From the human T2T-CHM13v2.0 reference genome, Homo sapiens, in the NCBI RefSeq assembly GCF_009914755.1, contig NC_060926.1: a stretch of 64,000 nt of DNA; one strand, 5' to 3'. Below, piece by piece: positions 1-14,235 of this stretch (positions are counted from its first letter, which is position 1; each line of letters opens with the position of its first letter). The position numbers were made by a program, and so were the translations under genes. The notes under the pieces are model-generated. The model was given only the letters and a program-made list of their open reading frames with translations, was not told where the DNA came from and ran no database searches.

Positions 1-3000
1 CAAAAGACACGAATTGGAAGAAAATGGCTATTGAAAATTCTATCTCTGGGGTTTCCTGGCCCCGCTGGCGGCCCAGGAATGAGCTTTGTTTGGGATGGAG
101 AGAATCCGCTTTTGGCATCCAGTTCCAGGAGGCAAAACTGCAGGGAATTCTGCATGATCTCATCCAGTGCGCTAATCACCAGCCAGGAAGCCATTACACC
201 TTCCTGAGGCACTTATCTAACTGGATTCAGAAGTGCAGCTGCCTCCAAGGGCCTGGGATGGGCTATTTGGCTTCATTCTGCGGGGACCTTGTTGGCCATG
301 GGTCATTTTCAAAAGAAGGGCCTTGAAATGACTCCCTGACTGCATTAGCAGGAAAGGGCATGCTGGGGTTAATGGCTAGAGGCAGATCCCTCTTCCTCAG
401 TGACTCAGTGTGAAGCAGATGCAGTGCTAAGGAAGGGGCTTATTCCTGAGCAGAGAGGAGACAGGAGTGCAGACGGGGGCTGTAGTTTGTTATCCCCTTT
501 CCTTCTGGCCACGTGCCCAGCTCCCTGGCAGACACCATGTGGGACATGAGAGTTGAGAGCTGGAAGGAACCTTGGGAGACAACCCTCGTCTTTCACAAAA
601 GAGAAAATTGAGGTCCAGAGAGGCGCAAGGAGGTCACCCAGCGACTTGAATCAAGCCACTTCCGGCATACAGGACTTCAGAGCCCAGGCCCTGGAGGCCA
701 GGCAGTACAGCAAGAAAAAAGAACACAGACAGACCGAGCAGGGTCTAAATTGTGGCCTGTTGTGAATTCTCCTCTGTGAAATGGAAATGACCCAGTGGAG
801 CATTTGTCAGGAATCGTTGAGCTGATGTAAAGTGCCCAACACAGCCCACAGGGCATGTGTTCCAGATTGCATCCGTTCTCTTCTGTTACGGTATAAATAC
901 AGCTGAGATTAGCTGAATACTTGTGAAAGCTAAACCTCCAAGACACGTGCAGTAAATTCATAACTGAGTATCATCAGTGTATAATCAACATGAATCTCAT
1001 AAATTGACCTTACCAAGGTGGGCAGGACATCAGAGAAGCCCCCACCTCCGGTCCCCCCTCCCCCTCCCGCACAGAGGGGAATGATGCTGAGAAAAGGAGG
1101 GATTTGGCTAGGTGAGTTTCAAACTGGAATAGTGAAGAGGGTGACTACTCTCCTGCCACTGTGATGAGTCTTGCCATGACCGGGACCAAAGTGTGACTTT
1201 GGTGCCAGGTTGAGAAAAATTTTGAAGCCAGAGCTATAGATTGGAAGTGGCAAACTTGACGGATTTGATCAGTGCAGCCCATCAAGAATGATAAGGAGCC
1301 ATTTTCCTAGAGAATCTCAGACCTGAGTAATTGGATGCCCCGATACCCTTGCCTCGCAGCCAAGGGCCGTCGGGGGCTCTGCAGAAGTGCTCCCTGCCTG
1401 GAAGGCAGTGGTTTGCTGATTGCAGCTGGAGGTCAGAGCCTTACCTCTGTCCTGATCTCTGGTTTCATCCCTGGCAACACTGCTGGGGGCTGAGTTCACT
1501 CCTCCTCCAGAGGGATTTTAGAAATCTTTTATGCTGAAAACCAGGAAGGCAAATAAAACTCATGGACAAAATATGTACTTGTACATGGAAAAGGAGGGAT
1601 GGGATACTCCCTCATCACCACCGATCTGGAAGAAAACGAGGAGCACCAATTCTCCTGGGGTCTGTGCTATTCGGGGGTGTGAGCCAGGCATCTTGATTCT
1701 TTTAGACCTCAGGCACATTCAGGTTGGGTGCCAAGAATATTTGGTGCAACAGAGTTGCTGACATGTCCTAGCTCTGGACAGTGTCTTGTAGAGTACTTCA
1801 TCCTCTCTGGAGGGAGGAGGGAGGGGAGTTTTCATAGCACCTTAGCCACAGGCTGCAGTTGTCCTGATGAGCCCTTATTAGGAGAAGAGACCCAAGAAGG
1901 GTCCCGTGCTTTGGAGGCTGTGGCAATGTGACTTCTCCAAAAACCAACAAGGTGTTGGTTTGGGTGTTCTCTAAGTTCCTTTCTGCTCCAAAGCTCCATG
2001 TTCCTGGTTGGAGATGGCTTCAGCTCACTCATTTACAGCAGGAGATCAGAGGTCTCTGTTCCCACCCTGTGTGATAGAATTAAGCATCCTCCCCATGGGA
2101 GAATTACCCTGTGGCATAATTTAGTCCCCAAGCCAGAACCTCATTACCATTTAAGAAGGCACTAATCTCATAAGAGGATTATGCAGGAAATTTGATACAC
2201 CAGTTACCCCCCTTCTTTGGTCTCTCTTCAGTGGTTCAGGGTCAAGAAAATAATTTTTTTTTACAATGTTTATCCAGAAATAATTTGACAAAGTGTTAGT
2301 TCTAGAACCTAAAGAAAGCAGTATGTTCTTTGAGCTGCAAGTGTAGCAGGCAGTGATGCCAGAGGATTCTGAATCCTTTGTTCTCCTCAGAAGCTGAGGG
2401 GGTGCATTCCCAGACTGCCCCAGCCTACGCCATTCTCTCCCCTGATTGTGTCCTACATTCCCCTATTCTTAGTTTGCAATTGGTTGTCTCCTGTCAGGTT
2501 CCAATCCCTAGGTGCTTTGTCTTTTTCTTCCTCGGTCCCCTCCATTAGATCTCAGTAAACAAGTGCCCAAGAAGCACTTCCTGACCAGTCACTTTGCAGT
2601 GGAAGATAGCCTAAGTACAAATCCCTCAGGCAAATGTAAACAACCAGGTGTTTGTAGCCAGACTCCATGCAGGGAGATGTTTTATGGATAGAATATCCCA
2701 GCAACTATACTACTTTCTATATCTTATTTGTAAGGAATAACTAGGGAGGTTGTTGAGGAATGACATGGATCTAGAGTGGAAAATCACTACTTCTAGTAAC
2801 TCCTCCTTTTAGAACTAGTAGATTCTAGTTCTGCCTCAGCTGCCTTCCAGTTAGGTGACCTTGGGTGTCATCCTCAAGTCCCAGTTTCTCACCTGTTAAG
2901 TGGGAGCACTGGTATCCATTCCACAAATCCCATGCCAGCCCTGGGCTGAAGAGTGTGAATGCCAAGAGCTACAAATGAGAAGCCAAGAGTGTTGATGGTA

Positions 3001-4073
3001 CCTTTATGGCGATTAATGCAAGACACATCCCAAGTACATTTGGGGCTCTCATTTAACCATTTTCTCTTGGCCTGTAAAGAGTACTGGAAAGGCACAACTT
3101 TACTTATGCTTGTATTTATTTATCTGTTTGCTTTTTATCACAGCTACCAAAATCCCTACAGTCATCAAGGCCTGGCACTGCGTCATACAGAAGTTTCATG
3201 TGTGGACTTTCCCAGTGAGAGTGATTTCAGGATCTGCTTGAGGGGCTTTACTTACCTCTTTGCTGGGCTCAGCCCTGCTATGAATATAGAAGGAGAATTC
3301 ATCCTAGATGACCAGGCTGAATGATATTTGTTCACTACCCCCTGGAGTGTCACGAGGTTTAAAGTTTTTGGAGTGTCCTGGTGCTCCGGAGCTGGGAAAG
3401 CCATCAGTGATTGTTTTTCCTGGGGATGAGACAGCATGGGCTTCATCCCTACAGTGCAGGGGTGGATAACTTGGCACCTCACCATCCCTAACACCCAGAG
3501 GTGCCTTTTTGTGTCAACTAGGGAGCTGGCAATCTAGCACTGGCCAGACTCCAGACTTCTTGTGAAACTCCTGGATTTTGTTTGTTTTGTTTTCTTTCCT
3601 TAGCCTTAGATTCATGCCATATTTTTATGATCATTATGCCAGGGCTTTGTCTTTGGAGCAATCTTCCTTTCCTCTGTGCACTCTCTTGCACAGCCTATTC
3701 CTGTACCAGGGTATCCCCAGCGCCACCCTGCATGGCCCTAGCCCCATGGATCAGATGGCCCCTTCCCAGCCTTCTCACTGCCCTGTTACCTCCTCGATAT
3801 TCCTGTCCATCCTCCCTCCCCCTAATTGTTAGAGGTGAGCTGGCCCTAGGTGTGAACAAGGGGATCGGCTTAATTCCTTTTGGTACAGCTCTTTTAAAGA
3901 GACCCCCTGCTCGGGGGTTTTGTGAGGATGAAATGATTAAAAACATGTTTTCTATAATTACCATTGTGAACTTATAATAACAGTAGGTGTTACTAAACAT
4001 CCACAGAGACACAGAACATTGGGGACAAAGAGATCGTTGTGTAAAGAAATGACTCAAATTATATACTGTAAGT

Positions 4074-4076
<3 letters not shown>

Positions 4077-4124
<48 letters not shown>
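4077..4124. repeat. (GT)n microsatellite, ~24 units
   Basis: Uninterrupted gtgtgt run. Confidence 0.97.
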
Positions 4125-4125
<1 letters not shown>

Positions 4126-4425
4126 GTGGGTAGGGACATGCCCCAGGGGGAGCGACCTCTTTTGGGCAACGCTTTGCAGCCCTGCCTGCAACCCTAGGCC
4201 TTGTCATGATAGCAGCAGCTCATTTCTTATTGAGCTTTGCAGTTGATGTGTAATCAGGCTTCACAGTTTATCAAGTACCAACTTTCAAATATCTTACTTA
4301 TTTTTACTTTATCTATATTTTTAGAAGTTTAAATCAGGGTAGTCCTGTTTAATTATACAAACTCATCATCAGCTTCAAAGTTAAGTCTTATCATGAATCA
4401 AATACTTTCTTTAAAAAAACTTTCC

Positions 4426-4790
<365 letters not shown>

Positions 4791-6139
4791 CTATAGATGG
4801 GTGACAATGAAGCTGGGAGTGGAATCCTGCCTTTTAAGGCAAATCTGGCTCTCTCTCTCTGCCTGCCCTCTGAAGGTGAGAGGAGCCACGTGGGCATCTC
4901 ACTGCCTGCTCTCAAAGTGTCTGGGCAAGCTACAGGCCGAGTTTCCTCCAGCTTCAGTAACCATCAGACCAGGCTCAGTCTCCCTGGAGTTTGTCCTTCT
5001 CAGCCCCGGAGCTGAGCAGAGTTTAAATCACTTCGATCCTTAGAGTATGACCTGAGACAAGAGGGTAGCACATTTGTGATTCTGTGACTTTTTCTCCTTC
5101 ATGGGATAGGCAAGGGGAATTTCATAATCATTTTACACAATCAATTGGTCCATAAGGTAAAATGTATCATGTGCCACATAGAAATTTAAGTTCTGTTTTT
5201 GTTTTTACTTTTTGGCATTCACAAGACATGTTTTGGTACATCAAAAGGTTCATTCCAAATATTTGGGACTGAAGATGTAAACAAAAAATCAATCTTGTGA
5301 CTTGTAGATTTCTATCTTTTTTGGCTTCAGAAGATGGATGAACTGGCTGCCCCACACCCCTCTGGATTTGAAACTTGACTTTCCTCTGAGCCATAAGGAT
5401 AACATTTATGAGATCAATACCCCACCGGAAGTTTTAGCAAAGGAAGAATAAACTACCCTGGGTCTCAATCATCCTAACAGATGTTTGCTTAGGAAGGACG
5501 GGACTTGGGTGGGCAAGTCTCTCAGAAACTGTGCTATTAAATGAGAACATCTAAAGGGTTCAACTTACACTTTGAGATTCAACCCTTCTACCCTCCTTTC
5601 ATCCTCAGTTTTTCCCATCTGCCTTATCTCCTTCCTAGGCCAGCCCTTTGAGCTGGCAGTTTGAATTCAGAAGAACAGAAAACTCAAAGGAGCCTCTGGC
5701 TTCGGGGGAGAGTGACCACAGCAGTTTTAACACGAGGAGGTGGAGACCTGTTTTTGATCATTTTAATACCTTGTTTTCTCCTTTGCCCTGCCGCAGCACT
5801 CACCATGGCTGTTTCCAAAACATGGATAATGACGAAAACCTATGCAAACACTCTTGCATTTGCCACCGAGTGTATCTAATAGCTTGCAAGAATCCAGGGT
5901 GTTTGCTGAGGGAAGAAAGGAAGTACAGCCCAGTATGAAGGCTTTGAATGCTCAGATGGAGATGTGATGTTTGAAGTGTTAGAGGCACTAAAAGGAGGTA
6001 GGGAGGAAAAAGGATTTGGGGCGTGGAGCCTCCTGAGACAGGAAGCTTGGTATTGAGAGTGAGGCATTTGCTCTTCTCCCTAAACAAAGCAGAGAGGAGT
6101 AGGTATATTAATAACCAGGGAGATGCTGCTGCTGATGCT

Positions 6140-6360
6140 GATGGTAAATATTTACTCTGTCAGGCATAGTTTCTATGCATTTTATATAAATTAACTCATC
6201 AGATCCTCACAACAATTCTGTGAGGGAGGTACTTTGTCCCCACTTTGCAAATCAAGAGTGAGGCACACAAGGAATAATGGGTTTGCCCAAGGTCACACAG
6301 CTGCTAAGTGATGCCTGAGCCCAGGCAGTCTGGCTCCCAATCCCATGTGGTACCCATCTT
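6140..6360 (-). mobile_element. MIR SINE
   Basis: Reverse MIR core: ...atcctcacaacaattctgtgagggaggtac...tgaggcacacaagg...gcccaaggtcacacagctgctaagt...gagcccaggcagtctggctcc. Confidence 0.75.
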
Positions 6361-7184
6361 GCTCTTGTCTTGAGAACCCATCTGGCTCAGAATGCTGCCT
6401 TTCCTCTGGGGCTGTCAGGGAGAACACCACGTTTATGAGTCAAGGTCCATAGCATGGACCCAAGAGGACACATTGTCCTCAGTTGCAGCTGAGTGGCCGT
6501 TCTGTCCCTCCAAGGCTCAAGGCTGTGGTTTCAGGGATGATTCTCTTCCACCTTGCTCCCTGCCAAACTGACTGGTTGTTCCTTCTGGTTTTTCACGTTC
6601 CTGGGCCTGGGGACAGTCCAGGTGATTGGATGGAAGCACACACATACTACAGATGGGATGTGGGAGGTGAAAGGACTGAGGCCAGCCTGGATGACACTGT
6701 ATAGCAAGCTGTGGTGTGAAACTGTTCAACTCAAAGCCTTGAGAGCCATCGACTAGAGCTTTGAAACCCATGGTGGTGCTCTGGGAAGTGTGGAATGTAA
6801 AGCAATCATATTCATTTTTCATATAAAGCTTCAGACAAAGCTGTCTGGGTAAATGAAGAACAATAGTAAGACTACAGTGAAGCAACAATACAGGGAAACA
6901 ATCCCATCAAGCTGGTTTGGGGCTGTGTCATTGCACAGCCCACTGTATTCCTAATGTATGGATCTGGGGTGGCTGTTTCTTTGAAAAGCAACAGTGAGTT
7001 TAAGGGGTGTTGGGAGTAATCACTGCTGTGGGGATTGCAGTACTTTTACAGGACTGAGATGAGCTCAGAGCAAAATAAAGGAGGATGTTTTAAGTGGGTT
7101 GGACTGAAGGGGCGAATCCTCAATGGGATTTTCCAGACGAAGGTAATGGAAACATCACGGCGCATCAGCTTTTCTTGGTGTTAC

Positions 7185-7600
7185 ATCATTCAACCAACAA
7201 GAGTTTATTAAGCACCTTTTAAGTGCCCAGAAATGTTCCATGTGCTCCTGGAACACATAGAACACTGCCAGGCACTTGAGAAACATGTGGGGAGAGGGTA
7301 ATCTCCAGGGACCAGCAAGAAGGATACGGGTGTGGACCTGCCTGGTGGGGAACTCCAGGATCGAGAGGGTAATAGATTCGAGGTGGAAGTAGGCCTGAAA
7401 ATGTAGGTAGATTTTATTTGGAGGGGGAGAGGGGGAGTTTGGGAGGAATGAACTGTGCTAAGGAAGGGCAGAATGAGAAAGGCCTGGCATAGTAGGAGGG
7501 CAATATGGCTGAGGCATAAGGGGGTGGGAGACAGTTGGGAATTTCAGGGCTGGGTTTTGAAGGATGTTAAATGTCAGCAAGAGAAATGACTCGTGACAGC
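7185..7600 (-). mobile_element. L2 LINE 3' fragment (degenerate)
   Basis: cattcaaccaacaagagtttattaagcacc...gtgcccag is the reverse L2 3' end, followed by a purine-rich L2-like body. Confidence 0.55.
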
Positions 7601-10600
7601 AGGAATCACAGAGTTGAAGATTTTTTAACTTTGCTATTTGGAAGTGAGGTCCTTAGGAGGCCTTTTGTCCTTGAGTCTTGTTTCCCGACACAAATGCAAT
7701 TGAAGTTTTCAAACTGAAAGCTTCTCTGTCTTCATTTGTTGTTCTCGATCATTCCCAACTTTCTGTTTGGTGCATGGTTGTTGCAGATTTTTGCATTGTC
7801 CCTGCAAGAGTTTACAGTTGAGGCCCCAAGAGATTGTCCTGGGTCATGTTGACCTTAGTGGCAGAAGCAAGGCAAGACACCTGGCCTTCTGTCTCCCCAC
7901 CCCCTTCCCACCCCCCAGCATGGCAACAAACTGCAATCTTATGAGGTTCTAGCTCTAGCTCCCTCACATCCAGAAAACTTGTTTGGGTCTGGCGACAAAT
8001 CACCTTATACAAGAGATTACACAGCCAGCATATTTGAGCCCCAGGGGTCAGGGGAGCCAAGCCTGGGGTAGGGAGGTGGAGGAGGCTCTTGGTTCAGGAC
8101 TTCCAAGGCTAGTCTGGGATAATTCACCCCTTCAAGCCTCTTGTACCCTATCTCACAGGCTGTGGGCATACTTCCTTTTTGTAATATTTAGAAGTTGGTG
8201 ATTGATGGAAAGGAGGGACAGCATTTAAAAATATTATTTATGTCTAGAGTTACTTTACTCAACATTGAATATTTACAAGTGGAGGTAATTATCTCCCCTA
8301 AGTTAGAGTTTCTAAGGGAAGAGACAGACCACCATAGCCTGGAGTGGACACAAGCAACAAATGTGAATTGAGCAGCCTCTAAATGTAGGACCCTTTGCTG
8401 GGCCCAGGAGGATGGTGGGGGTGGAGGTATAGAGCAGGCCACACCTCTGAAGGGCTACCTGTGGAACCTACCTGGGGACTAGTAGTACAGGTGAGAAGAG
8501 AGTTCCTGACAACCCAGTTGACCCTCAATGCCCAAGGGGTGTCTCAGAGGGAGACTGCTGGAGGAAGGATTGAGGAGTCAGGATGTGCCCTAGGAAAGAA
8601 GGTATTTGGAGCCCAGCATGAGGCTGATTTGGGGACTGGCATGTGTCGGGGGACTTGGGCAGGATGGTGGCCAGGGGAGCCCGGCCTGAGCATTGGGCAC
8701 TGGTGGTGGTAAATAAGGTATGATTGGAATGCAGGCCACAGTACAGAAGTGGGTTGCAGTGTTGTGGAAATGAATGTCCCCCTGGGGACAGAGGGAAGGC
8801 TTGGGCAAGAAGTGTCCCGATGGCAGCTGTATTGTAGATCAGCTAATTGAGATTCTATCTGCTGGGTGGATTCATGCTGAGGAGAGTAAGGGAAGACCTA
8901 GGAGCTGTCAGGCTAGAGGCTGAGGATTGGCACCAGGGACGAGAATGGAACCGAAGGGTGGGCACAGCAGCTTACAGTGAAGGGCTTGAGGGGGCTTAGT
9001 GACTGAGGAGCTCTGAGGTGCGGGGCGTGGGAGGACCTGTAGCCGGCTTCGGCTGAAGGGCCTGGGAGAGCAGGGTGCAGAATGTTCTGGCACCTGTCCA
9101 GGGTACTCTGTTTCTGAGTCATTTGTGTGTACCTTTTCAGAAATGGTTGTGTAATGTCCACACATATCAGTTTTTGTAGATATCAAATTTGTGTGTGTAC
9201 AAAGGCACACAGAGACAGGGAAGCTAAATGTTCCTGTCACCTCCAAAAGGGAGAATGGTAATTTTGTATTTTGTAGTTTAGGGAAGGCCCCATGGCATTT
9301 TAACAGCAGCCGATTTACAGAGGATGAAACTTGAGCCAGCCCGGGAGAAAAGTGCTGTGGGCTCTTGGGAGAAATGAGAAAGCAGCCCACATTGTGTACC
9401 CACAAGCAACCCCAGCAGATGAGGTCAGCGCCTGGGGGTGCAAACCCTCTGGGGTGGCCCAGGTCCTGCCTGCAGGGTCGTGGCTGTCTGCAGATGTGTC
9501 TGTTGCTGGATGTGGACACAAGGGTAACTGCCAGCCATCCCCAAGTCTGCACAGTCACTCTCTTCCTTGTGCCTGGGCTGGGGTGCCCTGTAATGACTCT
9601 GGGCATAGAGAGCTTTGTGCCATGGGATTTGCACTTTCCACCTGGGTAACTAAGAACAGCTTGGCAATTTAAGTGGTGGTTGGGGTGCCTTTGGAGGTGC
9701 TGTGGGGCAAGACGTCCGAATCCGTGTCACTCACTGAGTGAGTTCCATCATTGCTAAGACTTTTCTATAGATTTCTCTTTTCTGCCTTAGTTAGGAGTGC
9801 TTGCTTTTTAACCTTCTGTCTCTGTAAGGAGAGTTGCTTCTTAACTTTTTATTTCAGTAATGATTCCCTTATGCAAAACTCTCATTAGTAATTACCCTTC
9901 TCTCCCACTGTAGGGTATACGATTGGTATGGGATGGCCAAAATATAATCACAGATAAGTGATGGATCTATTTCATTTTTTGATTGGGTTCTGTTAGTCAC
10001 TGCCTTGTCATTAATTCCTGTTAAACCCCCACTCCCACCCCAATTGACCAGGTGCCATGCTAGGCCCAGGGGAAACAAAGAGGTATGGACTCTGTCCCCA
10101 AGGAGCCTGGGCTCCTACTGAAGTTGTTCCTTGCTGTCAAGCCGTGTGCTCCAGGAAACTTGTCAAGGAATGAAATGGACTCCACTAGGGCTTTGAATAT
10201 TGGGATAGATTCCCAGGCCTGGGATTCTTAAGGCTTGAGAAGTTTGTCCTCGAGGACCACAGCCTTCCTGCTACTTCAAACGACACACCTGGATCTATGA
10301 GAGTTATCAGCAGTAACGTTGAGCCTCTGCTCTTTCTGGATGAAAAGGAACTGGAATTGGTTGGAAAATATTTCACCCCTAGTAGCTGAGCTGTTGAATT
10401 ACTTTCGCAGACAGGCTATTGAAACTTTTGGATCTCATTAAATCAGGAAACCTGCCATTCACTGACAGATTAATGAATTAAAGAATCAGAGAGTGACTTG
10501 ACTTTCAAGGAAAGTAAGTGGTGGATTTTCTTCTACTTGACTAATTGGGTACCAGGGGATGTGTTACACTCCAGATAGTCACTCCACAGCAAGAAAGTCG

Positions 10601-11580
10601 GGGGTAGGGAGCAGAAAGGAAGCCAGGAGTGGGCCATGGTGGCAGGCACTCCCAACTTCTTGGTTTAAATGCCACCAGTAGGCATCCTAGGAGAGCAGCT
10701 TCCATCTGCCTGGGACAGAGAGCTTCCAGTGTTCCATACCTGTGCCTCTGGCTGATTTCCCAGGTTGTTCCCTGGGCCCAGTTCCACCTCTGAGGGCATG
10801 TCCAGCTTTGCTGCTGGCAGCCACAGAGGCATCTGAGAGGCATGTGCTCTGGACAACTGGGTCTGTTCCGTGCTGGCAGAGCTTTCGCAGAGGCCTGCCC
10901 AGAGGCTCGCAGCTCCTGGGAGGAGCAAGGATATGGCGTCTGGCTCAGCTGAGATGGACTGGGCATTGCACTCACAGGATGTGCTCACTGGCTCACTGGC
11001 TTTCCTTGGCACTGCAGGGAGGTTGGCAGGCTTATGTCACACACCCTGCAGGCTGCTGCAGTTCCATCCTGTGTAGTGCTGACTGCACTCCCAGCTTTCT
11101 ATGAGGGCACAGCCCAGCATGGCTGTATGCAAGTTTACTATGTTTGTTGGTGGAGAGGTAATCTTGAGGCAATCAAAGAGAATCAGGGATAATTTGCAGG
11201 CTTCAGCAGGACTGTTCTGTTGTTAACACAATTAGTTCCATTAATCCTCTCCAATCATCTAAGGTAAACAGACAGCCTTTGAAGTCAGGGCAAACATCTT
11301 TATGAAGAAAGGAAAGGATGAAGTGATCAACTCCTTTCTTTCCAAAGCCCTTACCATTGTGAATCCTGAACAAAACATTAAAAGCACCACCACCTGCTAT
11401 ATCCACACAGGAGGACCAGGGAAGCAGCTCGGGGAGTCTCTTAAGCGGGGCGTGTTGTGTCCCCAGCAGGGCATTGGGTTGGACTGGTGGGGAGGACTCC
11501 CTTCCCCAATTGAGCTCTTCAAGAAAGCCTAGAATTAGCCTTTGGATAACAGTCCGGTTGGGCTACTTAAGTTGACCATT

Positions 11581-11645
11581 TCCTCCCTCCCTCCCTCCGT
11601 CCCTCCCTCCCTCATTTCCTCCCTTCTTTTTCTCCTCCTTTTCTT
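11581..11645. repeat. (CCCT)n / polypyrimidine low-complexity tract
   Basis: tcctccctccctccctccgtccctccctccctc followed by a CT-rich run. Confidence 0.85.
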
Positions 11646-12505
11646 TTTATTTTATTATGGAAAATTTCAAACATATTCAAAAATAGAGCAGAATAATGGA
11701 CCCTCATGCCTCTACCACCCAGTTTCAATAGTTGTGACCCATGAGCAATTTTCCAGTTGGTATTTAATGATCGCCACCCCTCCCTTTATGTGAGTTTTCT
11801 GATTTGTTGTGTGTTGCTTATCTGTTTATGAATGAAGGGGGAAATTCTAATGGAGATTTCCTGTCTCTTCTTTCTCTTCTCCCTTAGAAGTTGAATGGGC
11901 CAACAATTTTGGTTGATGTGGAGGTTTTCTGGGCCAAGAAAGCTGCAGTCAGGGCAGGAGACGGGGTTGGAGAGGTTGGGTGGTGGGAACCGGGAAAAGG
12001 TTCTGCTGAACGTGGGTTCGCCTGGTGGGGTACATGGATTGAGAAATGAGACTGCCTTTTTGTTTAGATTTCAGCAAATTTGCCAACTCCACATTACTTT
12101 TTTCCTCCGGGGATGAATGTAGAACTAGTAGCCTTCATAACAACAGCTATGCCAGTGTCATCTTTGCCTGGCCTTGGTTCTAATCCTCTTACTCCCTTTT
12201 CTGTGTCTCACCTTAAAACAGGAGCTGCACCTTGTGGGGAACTTGTGGCTCTGCAGCCTAAGTAAGAGAGCACCTTGGGCAATAGGTTTAGGCACTAGCC
12301 ACGGTTTTCCTGCAACAGGCCTGGGACTTGGGGGGGCCCTGCTGCAGCCCCCACCAGTGTATCTTGACAGAATTTCGGAGCTAAGGTGTTTAGCGGTGAG
12401 GGGTGGGACACCAAACTGTGTTAGAGCAACAGCAGCAGGCAGATAGGTTTCTTAGCAACAGGAAATGCCATTATGCCAACTTGAAACATTAGTTCAGTTT
12501 TCCTA

Positions 12506-12911
<406 letters not shown>

Positions 12912-13227
12912 CATACCCCACAGTGTATATTTGGCAGGGACGGGGGGATGGGGGGATGATAGACTTAGGTTTTTTTGCCATCTCTTTAGAAGATATACAG
13001 AAAGTTAACAGAAGCAGGGCTTTTATAAGTCATGTGTCTGTGAAGAGGGTGCATGTTTGGTGGTGATGGTATGGAAGGAGAGAAGTCAAAGTAGACCCCA
13101 CCCAGGGCAGTAGAAGTCAGGCCTTTGCATTTTCAGACACCGGAGCAGATCCTCCTCACCCTCCTGGTCTCAATGTGTTGGAGGGCTCCAGGGTCAGTCC
13201 TCATTCCTCTAGTTTCATGGCTCAAAC

Positions 13228-13566
13228 TACAGATCCATATCTTTTATCCAAAATGCTTAGGGCTAGATTTGTTTAGAAATAAAGCATTTGGGGGAATTTT
13301 AGAAGGTTAATATAGTAAATATTCTGTATGTTACATGACATTCCCACTAGATTCTGGGGCAGGTCTTTGTGATCAAACAAATAATATTTCTATATCACAA
13401 ATGTACAAATATTCACATGAAGTAGAATAAACATAGACAGCAAATAGCCTTATGTCATTTTGGGTTAGGTTTTATTGCTGAATAATTTTGACCCAAACTT
13501 CAATAAAACTTTTAGTTTTTAGAGCTGTGGCTGTCAGGATTGTGGGTCACAGATTGTGGGTCAGTG
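13228..13566. mobile_element. TcMar-Tigger-like MITE (family uncertain)
   Basis: Starts tacagatccatatcttttatcc and ends ...gattgtgggtcagtg (degenerate inverted termini); AT-rich interior; abuts an L2. Confidence 0.5.
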
Positions 13567-13569
13567 CCA

Positions 13570-14235
13570 TCTATCTGCTGCCAACTACCAAATTCAGGTC
13601 TTAAGCTTGGACCTTCCCCCCGAACTTCAGATCTGTAGATGCAGCTGTCCCCGGCTGTCTCACAGATGTCTCCGACATGGCCAGTGCAAACCTGCTCCTG
13701 TTCACCCCACCCACCCTGTTCTGATCACCGTCTTCTGTTCAGCCAAGGGCAGCTCCATGTTTAGGTCAGGCCAGAAGTCTCCATGCAATCCCTGCCTCCC
13801 CTCCTTATCTCACACACTACGTGCAATCCCGCAGCAAATCCTTTTGGCTCTATCTTCAAATTACATTCAGAATCTGACCAATTCCCATCACCTCCACTAC
13901 CACCACCCCTTCCCAGCCACCATCATCACTTGTCTGGACTATTGCCATAGGCTCCTAAGTTGCCTTCCTGCGTCCTCATGGGTGCCTGAAGTTTATTCTC
14001 CATGCAGCCACCTTTTAAAGTGTGAGTCACAGCATCTCACTGCTCTGCAGTCTCTCCTCTGGCTTCCCATCTCACTCACGGCCAAAGCCAAAGCACGTGC
14101 CAGGCCCTGGCTCTCTGACCTCATCTCCAACTGCCCTCCACACTCTGCTCCAGTCACACCCGTCTGCTTCAACTACTGGCAAAGACCAAGTCTTCCCCTA
14201 CCTCCATGCCTTTGCATCTGCTCCTCTCTCTGCAC
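13570..14235 (+). mobile_element. L2 (L2a-like) LINE fragment
   Basis: Characteristic L2 text: cagcaaatccttttggctctatcttcaaa...atcatcacttgtctggactattgc...ctctggcttcccatctcactc...tctctgacctcatctcc...cctttgcatctgct. Confidence 0.85.

Noticed and set aside
3695-4207. ORF with an HTHTHT repeat (also 49186-49488 and 21432-21674)
   Set aside because: Translation of (CA)/(GT) microsatellites.
8908-9606. 232-aa minus-strand ORF
   Set aside because: No recognisable homology or splice structure; composition typical of random intronic frames.
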